From an uncultured Smithella sp. (GTDB taxonomy: Bacteria > Desulfobacterota > Syntrophia > Syntrophales > Smithellaceae): a stretch of 64,000 nt of DNA. The notes under the pieces are model-generated. The model saw only the letters and a list, made by a program, of their open reading frames with translations, had not been told where the DNA came from and did no database searches. Positions 1-10,008 of this stretch are shown here, in pieces. Each line of letters starts with the position of its first letter. Within the stretch, counting starts at the first letter, position 1. The stretch covers positions 219,004 to 283,003 of the forward strand of contig CAZIJZ010000001.1 in assembly GCA_964539765.1 (NCBI GenBank). Direction: 5' to 3'. The position numbers and the translations under genes were made by a program.

Positions 1-185
1 CACACTGCTATGAACGGAAGCCTGCTTTCATGAATCGATATAACGTTTTCACCATGCTTCATGCCGGTGGCCGCAGCATTTCCTTGTTGATTAAGGACAT
101 GGTAAATTTGACGGGGATCAAGGATTATCTGATATTAAAAAGCGTGAAAGAATATAAAAAAACATCACCGGAGTATTTCCGATGA
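1..185 (+). CDS. 3' end of an unidentified CDS (5' end outside window)
   Basis: Frame 3 is open from the window edge to TGA at 183-185 (...LLIKDMVNLTGIKDYLILKSVKEYKKTSPEYFR*). The stop overlaps the hemL ATG (ATGA), a typical coupled junction. No family recognised. Confidence 0.3.
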   Translation, partial: HCYERKPAFMNRYNVFTMLHAGGRSISLLIKDMVNLTGIKDYLILKSVKEYKKTSPEYFR

Positions 186-1465
186 ATAAACACTCATCAG
201 CCTATTTCTTAAAAGCACGACAGGTTATCTCCGGCGGGGTCAATTCGCCGGTTCGCGCCTGGAAATCGGTGGGTGGAAATCCCGTTTTCGTCAGCAGGGC
301 AAAGGGAAGTAAAATTTACGATGTTTCCGGCAGGACCTATATCGATTACGTCCTTTCCTGGGGACCGATGATTCTCGGCCATGCTCATCCGAAAGTTGTT
401 GCGGCTATTCAAGCCTCTGCAAAAAAAGGTTCCAGCTTCGGAGCTCCGACAATGATCGAGACAAAAATCGCTGAGACGATTTCCTCAGCCATACCTTCCA
501 TTCAACTGATTCGTTTCGTGTCTTCCGGCACCGAAGCAACGATGACAGCCATCCGTCTTGCCCGCGGATACACAGGCCGGAATCTGATTGTCAAGTTTGA
601 CGGGTGTTATCACGGACACAACGACTCCTTATTGATTAAGGCGGGTTCGGGACCGATCACGCTGGGCATTCCGGGTTCTCCGGGCGTACCGGGTGAAATT
701 GCACGCCTGACATTAAGTCTGCCCTACAACGATGAGGAAAAACTCGAGAAAACCATTCGGAAATACGGCTCCCGGCTTGCCGCCATTATCGTGGAACCGG
801 TGGCCGGCAACATGGGCGTGATTCCGCCGCGCAAAAAATTTCTGGAAATATTAAGAAAACTTACCGCGCAAAAAGGAATCGTTTTGATTTTCGATGAAGT
901 GATCACCGGTTTCCGTTTTTCTTTCAGTGGCTACCAGAACCTGATCGGGATCGAACCGGATTTGACCTGTCTGGGAAAAATCATCGGAGGCGGAATGCCG
1001 GCTGGCGCTGTTGGCGGGAAAAAAGAAATTATGGAAAAACTCGCTCCGGCCGGCGATGTTTATCAGGCGGGAACTCTTTCCGGAAATCCCCTGGCGATGA
1101 ACGCCGGATTAGCGACACTCAATATGCTCAAAGCCAACAGGAAATCTTATATTCAGTTGGATAAGAACGCCGGCGCCCTTTGCCGCGAGATGGAAAAGCT
1201 GTTCTACAGCCGGGGCATTCCCGTCTGCATAAACAGAGCGTTTTCCATGTTTACCATTTTCTTTCAAGAAGGTCCGGTTTACGATTTAAAAACCGCGCAA
1301 CAGTCCGATACCAAAATGTTTGCCCGCTTTTTTCACGGAATGCTTAAGCATGGAATCTGGCTGGCCCCATCACAATATGAAGCCGCTTTTCTGTCTTTTG
1401 CTCATACCGATCATGATCTTCAAAAGACCATAGACGCCTGCGCAAAAACATTGAGAAATTTATAA
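182..1465 (+). CDS. hemL: glutamate-1-semialdehyde 2,1-aminomutase
   Basis: 427 aa. N-terminal GGVNSPVRA motif, PLP-lysine context CLGKIIGGGMP, aminotransferase class III layout. GGAG 8 nt upstream of the ATG. Confidence 0.95.
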   Translation: MNKHSSAYFLKARQVISGGVNSPVRAWKSVGGNPVFVSRAKGSKIYDVSGRTYIDYVLSWGPMILGHAHPKVVAAIQASAKKGSSFGAPTMIETKIAETISSAIPSIQLIRFVSSGTEATMTAIRLARGYTGRNLIVKFDGCYHGHNDSLLIKAGSGPITLGIPGSPGVPGEIARLTLSLPYNDEEKLEKTIRKYGSRLAAIIVEPVAGNMGVIPPRKKFLEILRKLTAQKGIVLIFDEVITGFRFSFSGYQNLIGIEPDLTCLGKIIGGGMPAGAVGGKKEIMEKLAPAGDVYQAGTLSGNPLAMNAGLATLNMLKANRKSYIQLDKNAGALCREMEKLFYSRGIPVCINRAFSMFTIFFQEGPVYDLKTAQQSDTKMFARFFHGMLKHGIWLAPSQYEAAFLSFAHTDHDLQKTIDACAKTLRNL

Positions 1466-1473
1466 TCGCTGCA

Positions 1474-1502
1474 TTGACAAGCATCAATCAATCCGGTATT
1501 AA
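1474..1502 (+). promoter_or_regulatory. sigma70-like promoter candidate for gmd-fcl
   Basis: TTGACA (1474-1479), 17-nt spacer, TATTAA (1497-1502), about 30 nt upstream of the gmd RBS (GGGAG). Confidence 0.4.
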
Positions 1503-1532
1503 ACCACATTAAAATTTTTTTAGGGAGACGAA

Positions 1533-2564
1533 ATGAAGAAAGCTTTTCTCACCGGCATTACCGGACAGGACGGTTCTTACCTTGCGGAATATTTATTAAA
1601 AAAAGGGTACGAGGTTCACGGATTAATTCGTCGTTCCAGCACTTTCAACACGGAACGCATCGATCACCTCTATCATGATTTTCACGACCCTGAAGCAAGA
1701 TTATTTCTCCATTACGGAGACCTGAGTGTTTCCGCTCAACTGATGGACTTGCTTCATTCCATTCAGCCGGATGAAATATATAATCTGGGCGCTCAAAGTC
1801 ACGTGCGCGTCAGTTTCGACATGCCCGAATATACGGGCGATGTCACCGCGCTGGGAACGCTGAGAATTCTGGAATCGATCCGGAAAACGGGGATAAAAAC
1901 AAAATTTTATCAGGCATCATCCAGCGAGATGTTTGGCGCTGCGGCTCCTCCGCAGAATGAAAAGACTGTTTTTCAACCCCGCAGCCCTTATGCTGTCGCC
2001 AAAGTTTATTCCTACTACATCAGCCAGAATTATCGTGATGCTTATGGAATCTTCGCCGCCAATGGCATTCTTTTCAATCATGAATCTCCCCGGCGCGGAG
2101 AAACTTTCGTCACCCGGAAAATCACCCGGGCGGCAACCCAGATTAAACTCGGGTTGAAGGATAAATTATATCTGGGAAATCTCGACGCCAAAAGAGACTG
2201 GGGCTTCGCCGGGGATTATGTTGAAGCCATGTGGCTGATGCTGCAGCAGGATACGCCCGATGATTTTGTCATCGCGACCGGCGAAACTCACTCGGTGAAA
2301 GAATTCGCGGAAATGGTCTTTAAAAAACTGGACCTGGATTATAAAAAATATGTGGAGATCGACAAAAGATATTTCCGCCCGACTGAAGTTGACGCGCTTT
2401 TGGGTGATGCAACAAAAGCAAAAAAAATTCTGAACTGGCAGCCGAAGGTATCTTTCGAAAAGCTTGTGGACATGATGATTGCATCGGATATGGATGTGGC
2501 CCAGAAAGAGAAAACGCTCCTGGATGCCGGTTTCCGCTCGAATAATCAAAAACTGGATAATTAA
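1533..2564 (+). CDS. gmd: GDP-mannose 4,6-dehydratase
   Basis: 343 aa. [25 protein letters not shown] Rossmann N-terminus, YAVAKVY (YxxxK), NHESPRRG motif typical of Gmd. Confidence 0.95.
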   Translation: MKKAFLTGITGQDGSYLAEYLLKKGYEVHGLIRRSSTFNTERIDHLYHDFHDPEARLFLHYGDLSVSAQLMDLLHSIQPDEIYNLGAQSHVRVSFDMPEYTGDVTALGTLRILESIRKTGIKTKFYQASSSEMFGAAAPPQNEKTVFQPRSPYAVAKVYSYYISQNYRDAYGIFAANGILFNHESPRRGETFVTRKITRAATQIKLGLKDKLYLGNLDAKRDWGFAGDYVEAMWLMLQQDTPDDFVIATGETHSVKEFAEMVFKKLDLDYKKYVEIDKRYFRPTEVDALLGDATKAKKILNWQPKVSFEKLVDMMIASDMDVAQKEKTLLDAGFRSNNQKLDN

Positions 2565-2575
2565 GGATCTTGAAA

Positions 2576-3520
2576 ATGCTCGCGCAAAAACGAATCACCA
2601 TAACGGGAGCCAAAGGCTTTCTCGGGAACCATCTTTTGAAAAAATTTACTGAGAAAGGCTGCCGGAATATCAATATTGCCGATCTTCCCGATTACGACCT
2701 GACGGATATCAACGACATTCGCAGAATGTATGGGGACACAAAACCCGAAATCGTCATTCATCTGGCCGCCAAGGTCGGCGGAATCGGTTTTAATCAGGAA
2801 AAACCGGCCGAACTTTTTTACGATAATTTGATGATGGGCGCTCAACTGCTTCATGAAGCTTATCGCAGGAACATTGAAAAATTTGTCGCGTTGGGAACCG
2901 TCTGCGCGTATCCCAAATTTACGCCGGTCCCCTTCAGGGAAGATGATATCTGGAACGGATATCCCGAAGAAACCAATGCTCCGTACGGACTGGCAAAAAA
3001 AATGATGCTGGTGCAATCGCAGGCGTACCGCCAGCAGTACGATTTTAATTCTATTTTTTTGCTTCCCGTTAATCTTTACGGTCCGGGCGATAATTTCGAC
3101 CCCCGTTCTTCTCATGTTATCCCCGCTTTAATTAAAAAATGCTTTGATGCGATGGACCAAAAAGCCGATCATCTGGAGGTTTGGGGAACGGGTTCGGCCA
3201 CCAGAGAATTTTTCTATGTCGAAGATGCCGCGGAAGCCATCTATCTGGCCACGTTACTTTATAATAAGAGCGAGCCTGTAAATCTCGGATCAGGATCGGA
3301 AATATCTATCAATGATCTCACCAATATTATTGTCGGTTTGTCGGGGTTTTCCGGCCGGATTGTCTGGGATAAAACCAAACCTGACGGACAGCCGAAACGC
3401 ATGCTGAATACCTCCCGAGCATTGACGGAATTCGGGTTTAAAGCCCAAACGGATATTTATTCAGGACTTGCCAAAACAATTGAATGGTATAGGGAAAATC
3501 GCCATTTGTTAAAAAAATGA
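2576..3520 (+). CDS. fcl: GDP-L-fucose synthase (GDP-4-keto-6-deoxymannose epimerase/reductase)
   Basis: SDR fold with [17 protein letters not shown] (YxxxK) and NLYGPGDNF. Directly follows gmd. Start moved to ATG 2576 because AAGGA lies 8 nt upstream; the track TTG at 2570 is only 2 nt from the SD. Confidence 0.93.
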   Translation: MLAQKRITITGAKGFLGNHLLKKFTEKGCRNINIADLPDYDLTDINDIRRMYGDTKPEIVIHLAAKVGGIGFNQEKPAELFYDNLMMGAQLLHEAYRRNIEKFVALGTVCAYPKFTPVPFREDDIWNGYPEETNAPYGLAKKMMLVQSQAYRQQYDFNSIFLLPVNLYGPGDNFDPRSSHVIPALIKKCFDAMDQKADHLEVWGTGSATREFFYVEDAAEAIYLATLLYNKSEPVNLGSGSEISINDLTNIIVGLSGFSGRIVWDKTKPDGQPKRMLNTSRALTEFGFKAQTDIYSGLAKTIEWYRENRHLLKK

Positions 3521-3578
3521 ACGCCGGTCATGTTTTTCTTGACTTTAATGCTGGTCGGTGCTAAGGAGCTTTCAGCGA

Positions 3579-3863
3579 ATGGATAAAGAAACACGAAAGT
3601 ATGCCATGCAAATGGCTTTTGCCAGCAGCATCGGCATCGCCATGATTCTGGCGGTTTTTGGCTGTTTGCTTCTGGGATCTTATTTGGATAAAAAATTCGA
3701 TTCCGGACATGTTTTTACGATTGTTTTTTTATTTATCGGGTTAGCGGCCGGTTTTCGTAATTTATATGTTTTGATTCAAAAAAACTTCAGTGATGAAGAA
3801 ACTATCATAAAGAGTTTGAAAAGTGAACCTCATCGTCAAAGACCCGCTCCAAAAAAGAATTGA
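3579..3863 (+). CDS. AtpZ/AtpR-like small membrane protein of the ATP synthase operon
   Basis: About 94 aa with two predicted TM helices (SSIGIAMILAVFGCLLLGSYL / FTIVFLFIGLAAGF), immediately upstream of atpI-atpB. AAGGAG at 3563-3568 favours ATG 3579 over the track GTG at 3558. Confidence 0.6.
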   Translation: MDKETRKYAMQMAFASSIGIAMILAVFGCLLLGSYLDKKFDSGHVFTIVFLFIGLAAGFRNLYVLIQKNFSDEETIIKSLKSEPHRQRPAPKKN

Positions 3864-4218
3864 AGTTACCAACTGGATTATCCTCACCGTTATTTTAATT
3901 CCGTCTTTGTTTTTTGCCCCTGGAAAATTTTCGCTCGGTATCCTTTTGGGCGGTTTTGTCAGCATTGTGAATTTTCACTGGATGGCGAAAGGATTGCGCG
4001 GTATTTTTCAGAACTTAAACAGCAGTCCCAAAGGCGCCGTTATGGTGAAGTATTATATCCGCCTGGCCGTCATGGCTGTTGTTTTGTTTTTTTTGATTTC
4101 CAATGAGATCGTTGACATCATTGGACTGTTAATCGGACTTTCCGTCGTGATAATCAATATTTCAGTAACGATGATTATCGCCCTGGCAAAAAAAAACTTT
4201 ATTGAGGAGGTTATTTAG
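3823..4218 (+). CDS. atpI: ATP synthase protein I-like membrane protein
   Basis: 131 aa, four hydrophobic segments, located directly before atpB. GTG start overlaps the previous ORF by 41 nt, so the start is uncertain. Confidence 0.6.
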   Translation: MNLIVKDPLQKRIEVTNWIILTVILIPSLFFAPGKFSLGILLGGFVSIVNFHWMAKGLRGIFQNLNSSPKGAVMVKYYIRLAVMAVVLFFLISNEIVDIIGLLIGLSVVIINISVTMIIALAKKNFIEEVI

Positions 4219-4227
4219 AAAACAGAT

Positions 4228-4899
4228 ATGGAACCCTTAATATTTTTTCACACAACTTGGCTGAAAGATGTAGGCATTGAAATGACAATTGTTTATAATA
4301 CATTATTTGTCATGCTTTTGCTTGCCGCAGTTTCATTCCTGGCCACAAGAAGTATGGCCGTTTATCCCGGTAAGACTCAAAACGTCATGGAAGTTATTCT
4401 GGGGGGCTTTGATGGCCTGCTCAATGAAATTATGGGACATAACGGAAGAAAGTTTTTCCCTCTTATCGCTACATTGGGACTCTTTATTCTTGTGTCCAAC
4501 CTGATTGGTATCGTGCCGGGGTTTGAGTCCCCGACATCCAATATTAATACCAACGCGGCCATGGCGCTTATTGTTTTCCTCTCCACGCACGTCGTCGGCG
4601 TTAAGGAACACGGATTTAAATATTTCAAGCAATTTATGGGCCCGGTCTGGTGGCTTACTCCCCTGATGCTGCCCATTGAAATCATCAGCCATATCTCCCG
4701 ACCGCTTTCACTGACTTTCCGTTTGTTCGGTAATATCAAAGGTGAAGATATCGTTGCGCTGGTTGTTTTGTTCCTGGTTCCCTGGTTTGTTCCCCTGCCC
4801 GTTTTTATATTGATGATTTTTACTTCACTGGTTCAGACTCTTGTTTTCATGCTGCTGGCCATGATGTACATCGCAGGGGCCATGGAAGAAGGTCATTAA
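4228..4899 (+). CDS. atpB: F0F1 ATP synthase subunit a
   Basis: 223 aa polytopic membrane protein with the conserved a-subunit arginine motif [10 protein letters not shown] and C-terminal helix FMLLAMMYI. Confidence 0.93.
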   Translation: MEPLIFFHTTWLKDVGIEMTIVYNTLFVMLLLAAVSFLATRSMAVYPGKTQNVMEVILGGFDGLLNEIMGHNGRKFFPLIATLGLFILVSNLIGIVPGFESPTSNINTNAAMALIVFLSTHVVGVKEHGFKYFKQFMGPVWWLTPLMLPIEIISHISRPLSLTFRLFGNIKGEDIVALVVLFLVPWFVPLPVFILMIFTSLVQTLVFMLLAMMYIAGAMEEGH

Positions 4900-4928
4900 T
4901 CAATTTATTTCGAAACATATAAGACAAA

Positions 4929-4976
4929 GACGGGAAATCATTTCTTCGAAGAAATGATTTCCCGTCATCTTTTTTT
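4929..4976 (+). terminator. rho-independent terminator after atpB
   Basis: Perfect palindrome gacgggaaatcatttcttc/gaagaaatgatttcccgtc (4929-4966, about 17 bp stem) followed by atcttttttt. Confidence 0.85.
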
Positions 4977-5063
4977 ACGCATAATCTTCTCTGTCAATAT
5001 TTTTATATATAGTCAATATCATAAGATAATTTGATTTCTTATGATATTTATTGAATCTTAAAC

Positions 5064-5092
5064 TTGACGATTAGAGTCTAACATAATATTAA
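5064..5092 (+). promoter_or_regulatory. sigma70-like promoter candidate for the activase-fusion gene
   Basis: TTGACG (5064-5069), 17-nt spacer, TATTAA (5087-5092) inside an AT-rich 150-nt spacer downstream of the atpB terminator. Confidence 0.3.
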
Positions 5093-5128
5093 ATATGAAG
5101 ATTGATTTATTGGTGGTGATTGTTTCTG

Positions 5129-8100
5129 ATGCAGACGTTGGGAATTAACATAGGTTCATCCAGTGTTAAGATCATTTTACTGGACGAAAATAATATTGTC
5201 TGGGACAAAGTGGAACCTCACGAAGGAAATTTTGTTCACACGCTGGAGAAAATTTTGTCGCAAGAGGATCTTTCACCGGCCATCAAGTCTCTGGCGACCG
5301 GCACGGAAGGAAGGAACCTTTTAAATATAAATGGCGTTATAGAGCCGCTGTGCATCGAAGCGGCTCTGCGGCATCTGGACTACAGAGTGGATGCCTTGGT
5401 TTCTCTCGGTGGTGAAGATCTCGTTGTTTACACCCTTGATGAAAATAAGAAAATCATCACCAGCTTTGCCGGGAACAAATGTGCTTCAGGCACCGGAGAA
5501 TTCTTCAAGCAACAACTGGCCCGCATGGATATGAGCCTCCGCGACATTCACGCCATCCCCGAAAAAAGCCGGATCCTGAAGCTGTCTTCGCGCTGTTCCG
5601 TGTTTATGAAAAGCGACTGCACCCACCGTTTAAATAAAGGCGAAGCCAACAGAGGCGACATTGTCCTGTCTTTAAGCGATGTCATGGCCACCAAGGTAAC
5701 CGATTTCATCAAGAAAGCAAGGATGACAAACAAAAAAATCCTGCTCGTCGGCGGTGTGACCCAAAATCAGCATCTGGTTCGCTTTATCCGGGAACGCATG
5801 CCGGAAAACGAGTTCATCGTTCCTCCCCAGGCCACTTATTTTGAAGCATACGGAGCAGCTCTGCTGGCCGGAAGTTTAGGCAGTTCCCTGCCCGATAAAG
5901 AAAATCTGTTTAAATCCAACATGGTTCAGTTCAAAAGATTTAAAAACCTGACAACAGCGGAGGGTAAAGTAAAATATCTCGAATCTCCCAAAGCGAAAGT
6001 CGTGGCCGGCAGAGAATATATTCTCGGTGTCGACGGCGGCTCAACCACAACCAAAGCCTGTCTCATTGATATGCAAACAAGCGAGATTACCGCATCGTTC
6101 TATGGACGTACGCATGGTGATCCGGTGAAAGCGTTGAAAAACTGTTTCGTGGAAATGCAAAAACAAATCCGGGCCGATATCGGCAATGGTGAAATAAAAA
6201 TAACACTTGCCGCGACCACCGGATCGTCAAGGGAGTTGCTGGGCGTTTTTTTGGAAACTCCCGGTGTATATAACGAAATTATCGCGCATGCGATCGGGAC
6301 GACTTTCTATCAGAAAGATATTGATACCATCTTTGAAATCGGCGGGCAGGATGCCAAATATGTTTTTCTGAAAAATAAAGTTCCTATCGATTACGCGATG
6401 AATGAAGCCTGTTCCGCCGGTACCGGGTCGTTCCTGGAGGAATCGGCTCAGGGCGATTTGAATATTCACCATGCCTGGGAAATCGGCGATATTGCGTTGC
6501 AGGCCGTCGAACCGCTGAAGTTCGGTGAACATTGTTCTGCTTTTATCAACTCGGATGTCCGCAAGGCCATTCAACAGGGGGCTTCCCGGGAAGACATCAC
6601 GGCCGGTATTGTCACTTCAATTGTCTCCAATTATCTGAATCGCGTGGTAGGCAATCGGACGATCGGTAAAAATATTGTTCTGCAGGGAGGCGTGGCCAAA
6701 AACAAGGCGGTTCCTCTGGCTTTCGCGATGCTCCTGGATAAAAATATTCTGGTACCGCCCGATCCGGAACTGATGGGTTGTTTCGGTGTCGGCATTCTCG
6801 CCAGGCAGAAACTACATGAAGGATTTTTGGCTAAAGCCGATTACGATCTTGATAAAATTCTTGCCACGGAAATCGTTTATGAAAAAGAATTTCAGTGCAA
6901 AGCCTGCGATAACTTCTGCACTATCCGGGTGCTGAATGTCAATGGCAATCGATATATGTTTGGAGGGCGCTGTAACAAATACGCCAACATCCGGAAGAAA
7001 AAAGTTTTTAATGAAAACGCGGTTATCGATTACATTGAAAAGCGCAACGATATTCTTTTCAATCACTGCGCGCCGGACCCGGCTCAACTGATCAGGAAAA
7101 AAGATTGCATCGTCGGCATACCGAAATGTTTTTCCGTGTACACACTCTGGCCGCTTTACGCCTGGTTTTTTCACACGCTGGGAGTGGAGGTTACGCTTTC
7201 CAGCGAAATCACCCAGGAAGGAACCGCGAGGGTGGAAAGCACATATTGTTTCCCGGCAGAAATAGCCCACGGAGCGGTTCAGGATATGCTCAACCGCCAT
7301 GTGGACTATATCTTTCTGCCTCATTTTCGGGATATGGAAAGTTACGAAAATAATACGCCGGCTTGTTTCTGTCCGATTACCCAGAGTCTTCCCTATTACA
7401 TCAGGAAAGCTTTCCCCGAAATTCCGGAAGATAAATATCTGGCTCCCGTGATCAGTTTTATGTACGGTCTGCAAAAAGCCGCCGAGCCATTTATCGCGAT
7501 GGCCGCCAAACTCGGCGTGGGTGAAAGAGAAGCACAGGAAGCATTTCATGCCGCCTATGAAAAACAAATGGAATGCTTTCAGCAATTTTCTCAACTCGGC
7601 CAATCGGCCATTGAAAACGCCCGAAAAACCAAAAGCCCGGTTATCGCCGTTCTGGGTCGGCCTTACAACTCCTTTACACCGGATGCCAATATGGGCATCC
7701 CGCGCAAATATACCTCCCGCGGTTATACGGTTATTCCTTTTGACATTCTTCCTTTTGATGACCAGGAAATTTATCCGAATATGTACTGGTATTACGGCCA
7801 GCAGGATATGAAGGCGGCATCGCTGTTAAAGGATCAAGACAATATCTTCGTCACTTACATATCCAATTTCTCCTGCGCGCCGGATTCGTTCATGTTGCAT
7901 TACCTGAAATGGATGATGGGCATGAAGCCTTTTTTGATTCTGGAACTGGATTCTCACACAGCCGATGCCGGCGTTGATACACGCATAGAAGCTTTTTTGG
8001 ATATTATCGAAGGTTATCGCTCCAAAATCGACGATATTCGGGAAAGCAGATATGACAACGGCCTCAGATTTATGAACAATCGCGGTGAAGAAATTCATAT

Positions 8101-9397
8101 TAAAAATACCATAACCGGCGAAAAGATTCCTATAAAAAATAATCCCCGCGTCAAGCTGCTTTTGTCCAATATGGGAAGGCTTTCGGTCGAAGTGCTGGCG
8201 GCCACGATTCGCGGTTTGGGCATCAACGCGGAAACCATGCCGGTCCCCGACATTTACACCCTGCAAATGGCGCGCAATCACGCCTCCGGAAAAGAATGCC
8301 TGCCCTCTCATCTCGTTCTGGGCAGTACGCTCAAATACTTGTCCTCGGAAAAATACCGTAAGGAGGAAATCTACCTTCTGTTCGTACCGACAACAACCGG
8401 CCCCTGTAGAACCGGACAGTATTTTGTTTTTTTTGAAAATCTTTTCCGGGACTTGCGATTGGAAAATGTCGTTGTTTTTACGCTGGATGCTGATAATTCC
8501 TATAACGAACTGGGACCTGAATTCTCAAAATACGCCTGGTGGGCCGTGCTGATCGGCGACTATATGAAGGATATCGAAACATCCTTAAGAACATGTGCCG
8601 TTGATCCCGCCAGGGCTATTTCCGATTATAATACCGCCTGGCAGCAGTTGATCCGTGTAGCAGAACAGGACATTACGCAATCTCTGCCCGTTTTAAGAAA
8701 AATCTCCGATGAGATATCGACAATACCGTTAAAACATAAAATAGATAACCGTCCCAAGGTATTGATTGTAGGTGAAATTTACGTGCGCCGCGATGATTTC
8801 GCGGTTGATGAATTAATCAGGCATTTCAGCCGCCGGGGAATCATCGCCAAGGTCTCCAATGTTGCCGAATGGGTTTATTATTGTGACTTTGTTCGGCATT
8901 ATGAGTTGCAAAAAAAGTTGAATCTTTATCCCTGGCACAAAAAATTATTCACGCCTGAATTTTCAGACATTATGAAATGGAAAATCGAACATGCTTATAA
9001 AAAAAAGATCGAAAGCAATATTCGCGGGATACTCGCGACGACCGGACTGGTTCCTCATTCTCCGCATGACATGGATGAGATTATGGCAAACACTGAAAAA
9101 CATTTCGTCAACAATGAACTGTATTCTGAAATAAGCATTTCCAGCGGTGTTGCTGCCACAGCCATGATGGATGGTTATTCCGGTATCGTCAACATTTCAC
9201 CTTTTGCCTGTTTGATCGGCCGGGTTATTGAGGGCGTTCTGACCCCCTGGGCCCGGGAAAGAAAGTATCCGGCCATTTCCATCGAAATAGACGGGAACCT
9301 GTTCCCTCCCAATGTCATTAACAAATTGGAAATTTTCATGCTGAATGTTTTGCGATTCAAAGGGAACGGGGATACTCATAACTTAACGGAATATTAA
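5129..9397 (+). CDS. fusion of two BcrAD/BadFG-type (2-hydroxyacyl-CoA dehydratase activator-like) ATPase modules with C-terminal dehydratase-like/DUF2229-type domains
   Basis: About 1422 aa. Module 1 has LGINIGSSSVK, GGEDLVV, NKCASGTGEFF and SSRCSVFMKSD. Module 2 has GVDGGSTTTKA, EIGGQDAKY, NEACSAGTGSFLEE and GEHCSAFINSD. A Cys-rich linker FQCKACDNFC...GGRCNKY follows, then a long C-terminal region of the type annotated 'CoA enzyme activase uncharacterised domain'. ATG 5129 chosen (GGTGGTGA upstream). Confidence 0.85.
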   Translation: MQTLGINIGSSSVKIILLDENNIVWDKVEPHEGNFVHTLEKILSQEDLSPAIKSLATGTEGRNLLNINGVIEPLCIEAALRHLDYRVDALVSLGGEDLVVYTLDENKKIITSFAGNKCASGTGEFFKQQLARMDMSLRDIHAIPEKSRILKLSSRCSVFMKSDCTHRLNKGEANRGDIVLSLSDVMATKVTDFIKKARMTNKKILLVGGVTQNQHLVRFIRERMPENEFIVPPQATYFEAYGAALLAGSLGSSLPDKENLFKSNMVQFKRFKNLTTAEGKVKYLESPKAKVVAGREYILGVDGGSTTTKACLIDMQTSEITASFYGRTHGDPVKALKNCFVEMQKQIRADIGNGEIKITLAATTGSSRELLGVFLETPGVYNEIIAHAIGTTFYQKDIDTIFEIGGQDAKYVFLKNKVPIDYAMNEACSAGTGSFLEESAQGDLNIHHAWEIGDIALQAVEPLKFGEHCSAFINSDVRKAIQQGASREDITAGIVTSIVSNYLNRVVGNRTIGKNIVLQGGVAKNKAVPLAFAMLLDKNILVPPDPELMGCFGVGILARQKLHEGFLAKADYDLDKILATEIVYEKEFQCKACDNFCTIRVLNVNGNRYMFGGRCNKYANIRKKKVFNENAVIDYIEKRNDILFNHCAPDPAQLIRKKDCIVGIPKCFSVYTLWPLYAWFFHTLGVEVTLSSEITQEGTARVESTYCFPAEIAHGAVQDMLNRHVDYIFLPHFRDMESYENNTPACFCPITQSLPYYIRKAFPEIPEDKYLAPVISFMYGLQKAAEPFIAMAAKLGVGEREAQEAFHAAYEKQMECFQQFSQLGQSAIENARKTKSPVIAVLGRPYNSFTPDANMGIPRKYTSRGYTVIPFDILPFDDQEIYPNMYWYYGQQDMKAASLLKDQDNIFVTYISNFSCAPDSFMLHYLKWMMGMKPFLILELDSHTADAGVDTRIEAFLDIIEGYRSKIDDIRESRYDNGLRFMNNRGEEIHIKNTITGEKIPIKNNPRVKLLLSNMGRLSVEVLAATIRGLGINAETMPVPDIYTLQMARNHASGKECLPSHLVLGSTLKYLSSEKYRKEEIYLLFVPTTTGPCRTGQYFVFFENLFRDLRLENVVVFTLDADNSYNELGPEFSKYAWWAVLIGDYMKDIETSLRTCAVDPARAISDYNTAWQQLIRVAEQDITQSLPVLRKISDEISTIPLKHKIDNRPKVLIVGEIYVRRDDFAVDELIRHFSRRGIIAKVSNVAEWVYYCDFVRHYELQKKLNLYPWHKKLFTPEFSDIMKWKIEHAYKKKIESNIRGILATTGLVPHSPHDMDEIMANTEKHFVNNELYSEISISSGVAATAMMDGYSGIVNISPFACLIGRVIEGVLTPWARERKYPAISIEIDGNLFPPNVINKLEIFMLNVLRFKGNGDTHNLTEY

Positions 9398-9414
9398 TAT
9401 TTTATCTTTTTCGC

Positions 9415-9999
9415 ATGACCAATCATATTACAGGAATCATTTTAGCCGGTGGGAAAAACTCCCGCATGGGCGCCAACAAAGCTTTTCTGAAAATCGACGG
9501 TATTTTTTTGATTGATAAAATATTATCCGTTTACCGAAAAATATTTTCTGAAATAATGATCGTGACCAACGATCCTCTTTCCTACACCGGATCCTCGGAC
9601 ATAATGATTGTTACCGATATTTACAAAGGCAAGGGGTCTCTTGGCGGAATTTACACGGGATTATTTTACGCCCGGCACGATTATGCTTTTGTTGCTGCCT
9701 GCGACATGCCGTCTTTAAATGAAAATTTTATAAGATACATGATCGGACAAACCGGCAAACATGATATTGTCGTTCCGGAACTTCCGGAAGGCTTTCAGGC
9801 CCTGCACGCGATTTATTCGAGGCGTTGTCTTCCTGCGATGAGAAAAATGATATTATCCGACAAATTGAAGATTGCCGGATTATTCAAAGACATGCCTACG
9901 TTCAGGATTACCGGTAAAGAAATCCATCCTTTCGAAAAGGATTCAAAAATATTTCTCAACATCAACACACCGGAAGATTTTAAGGCTTATCTGAAGTAA
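9415..9999 (+). CDS. mobA: molybdenum cofactor guanylyltransferase
   Basis: 194 aa. N-terminal GIILAGGKNSRMG nucleotide-binding motif, and ACDMP motif typical of MobA. Confidence 0.85.
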   Translation: MTNHITGIILAGGKNSRMGANKAFLKIDGIFLIDKILSVYRKIFSEIMIVTNDPLSYTGSSDIMIVTDIYKGKGSLGGIYTGLFYARHDYAFVAACDMPSLNENFIRYMIGQTGKHDIVVPELPEGFQALHAIYSRRCLPAMRKMILSDKLKIAGLFKDMPTFRITGKEIHPFEKDSKIFLNINTPEDFKAYLK

Positions 10000-10008
10000 T
10001 TTCTCCGC

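Noticed and set aside
4929-4966. 38-nt perfect palindrome as a possible protein-binding site or mobile-element end
   Set aside because: It is followed directly by a T-run 29 nt after the atpB stop. There is no second copy and no transposase. An intrinsic terminator is the simplest reading.
6812-7603. 263-aa minus-strand ORF inside the activase-fusion gene
   Set aside because: Antisense to a continuous 1422-codon frame with conserved motifs on both sides. There is no independent support.
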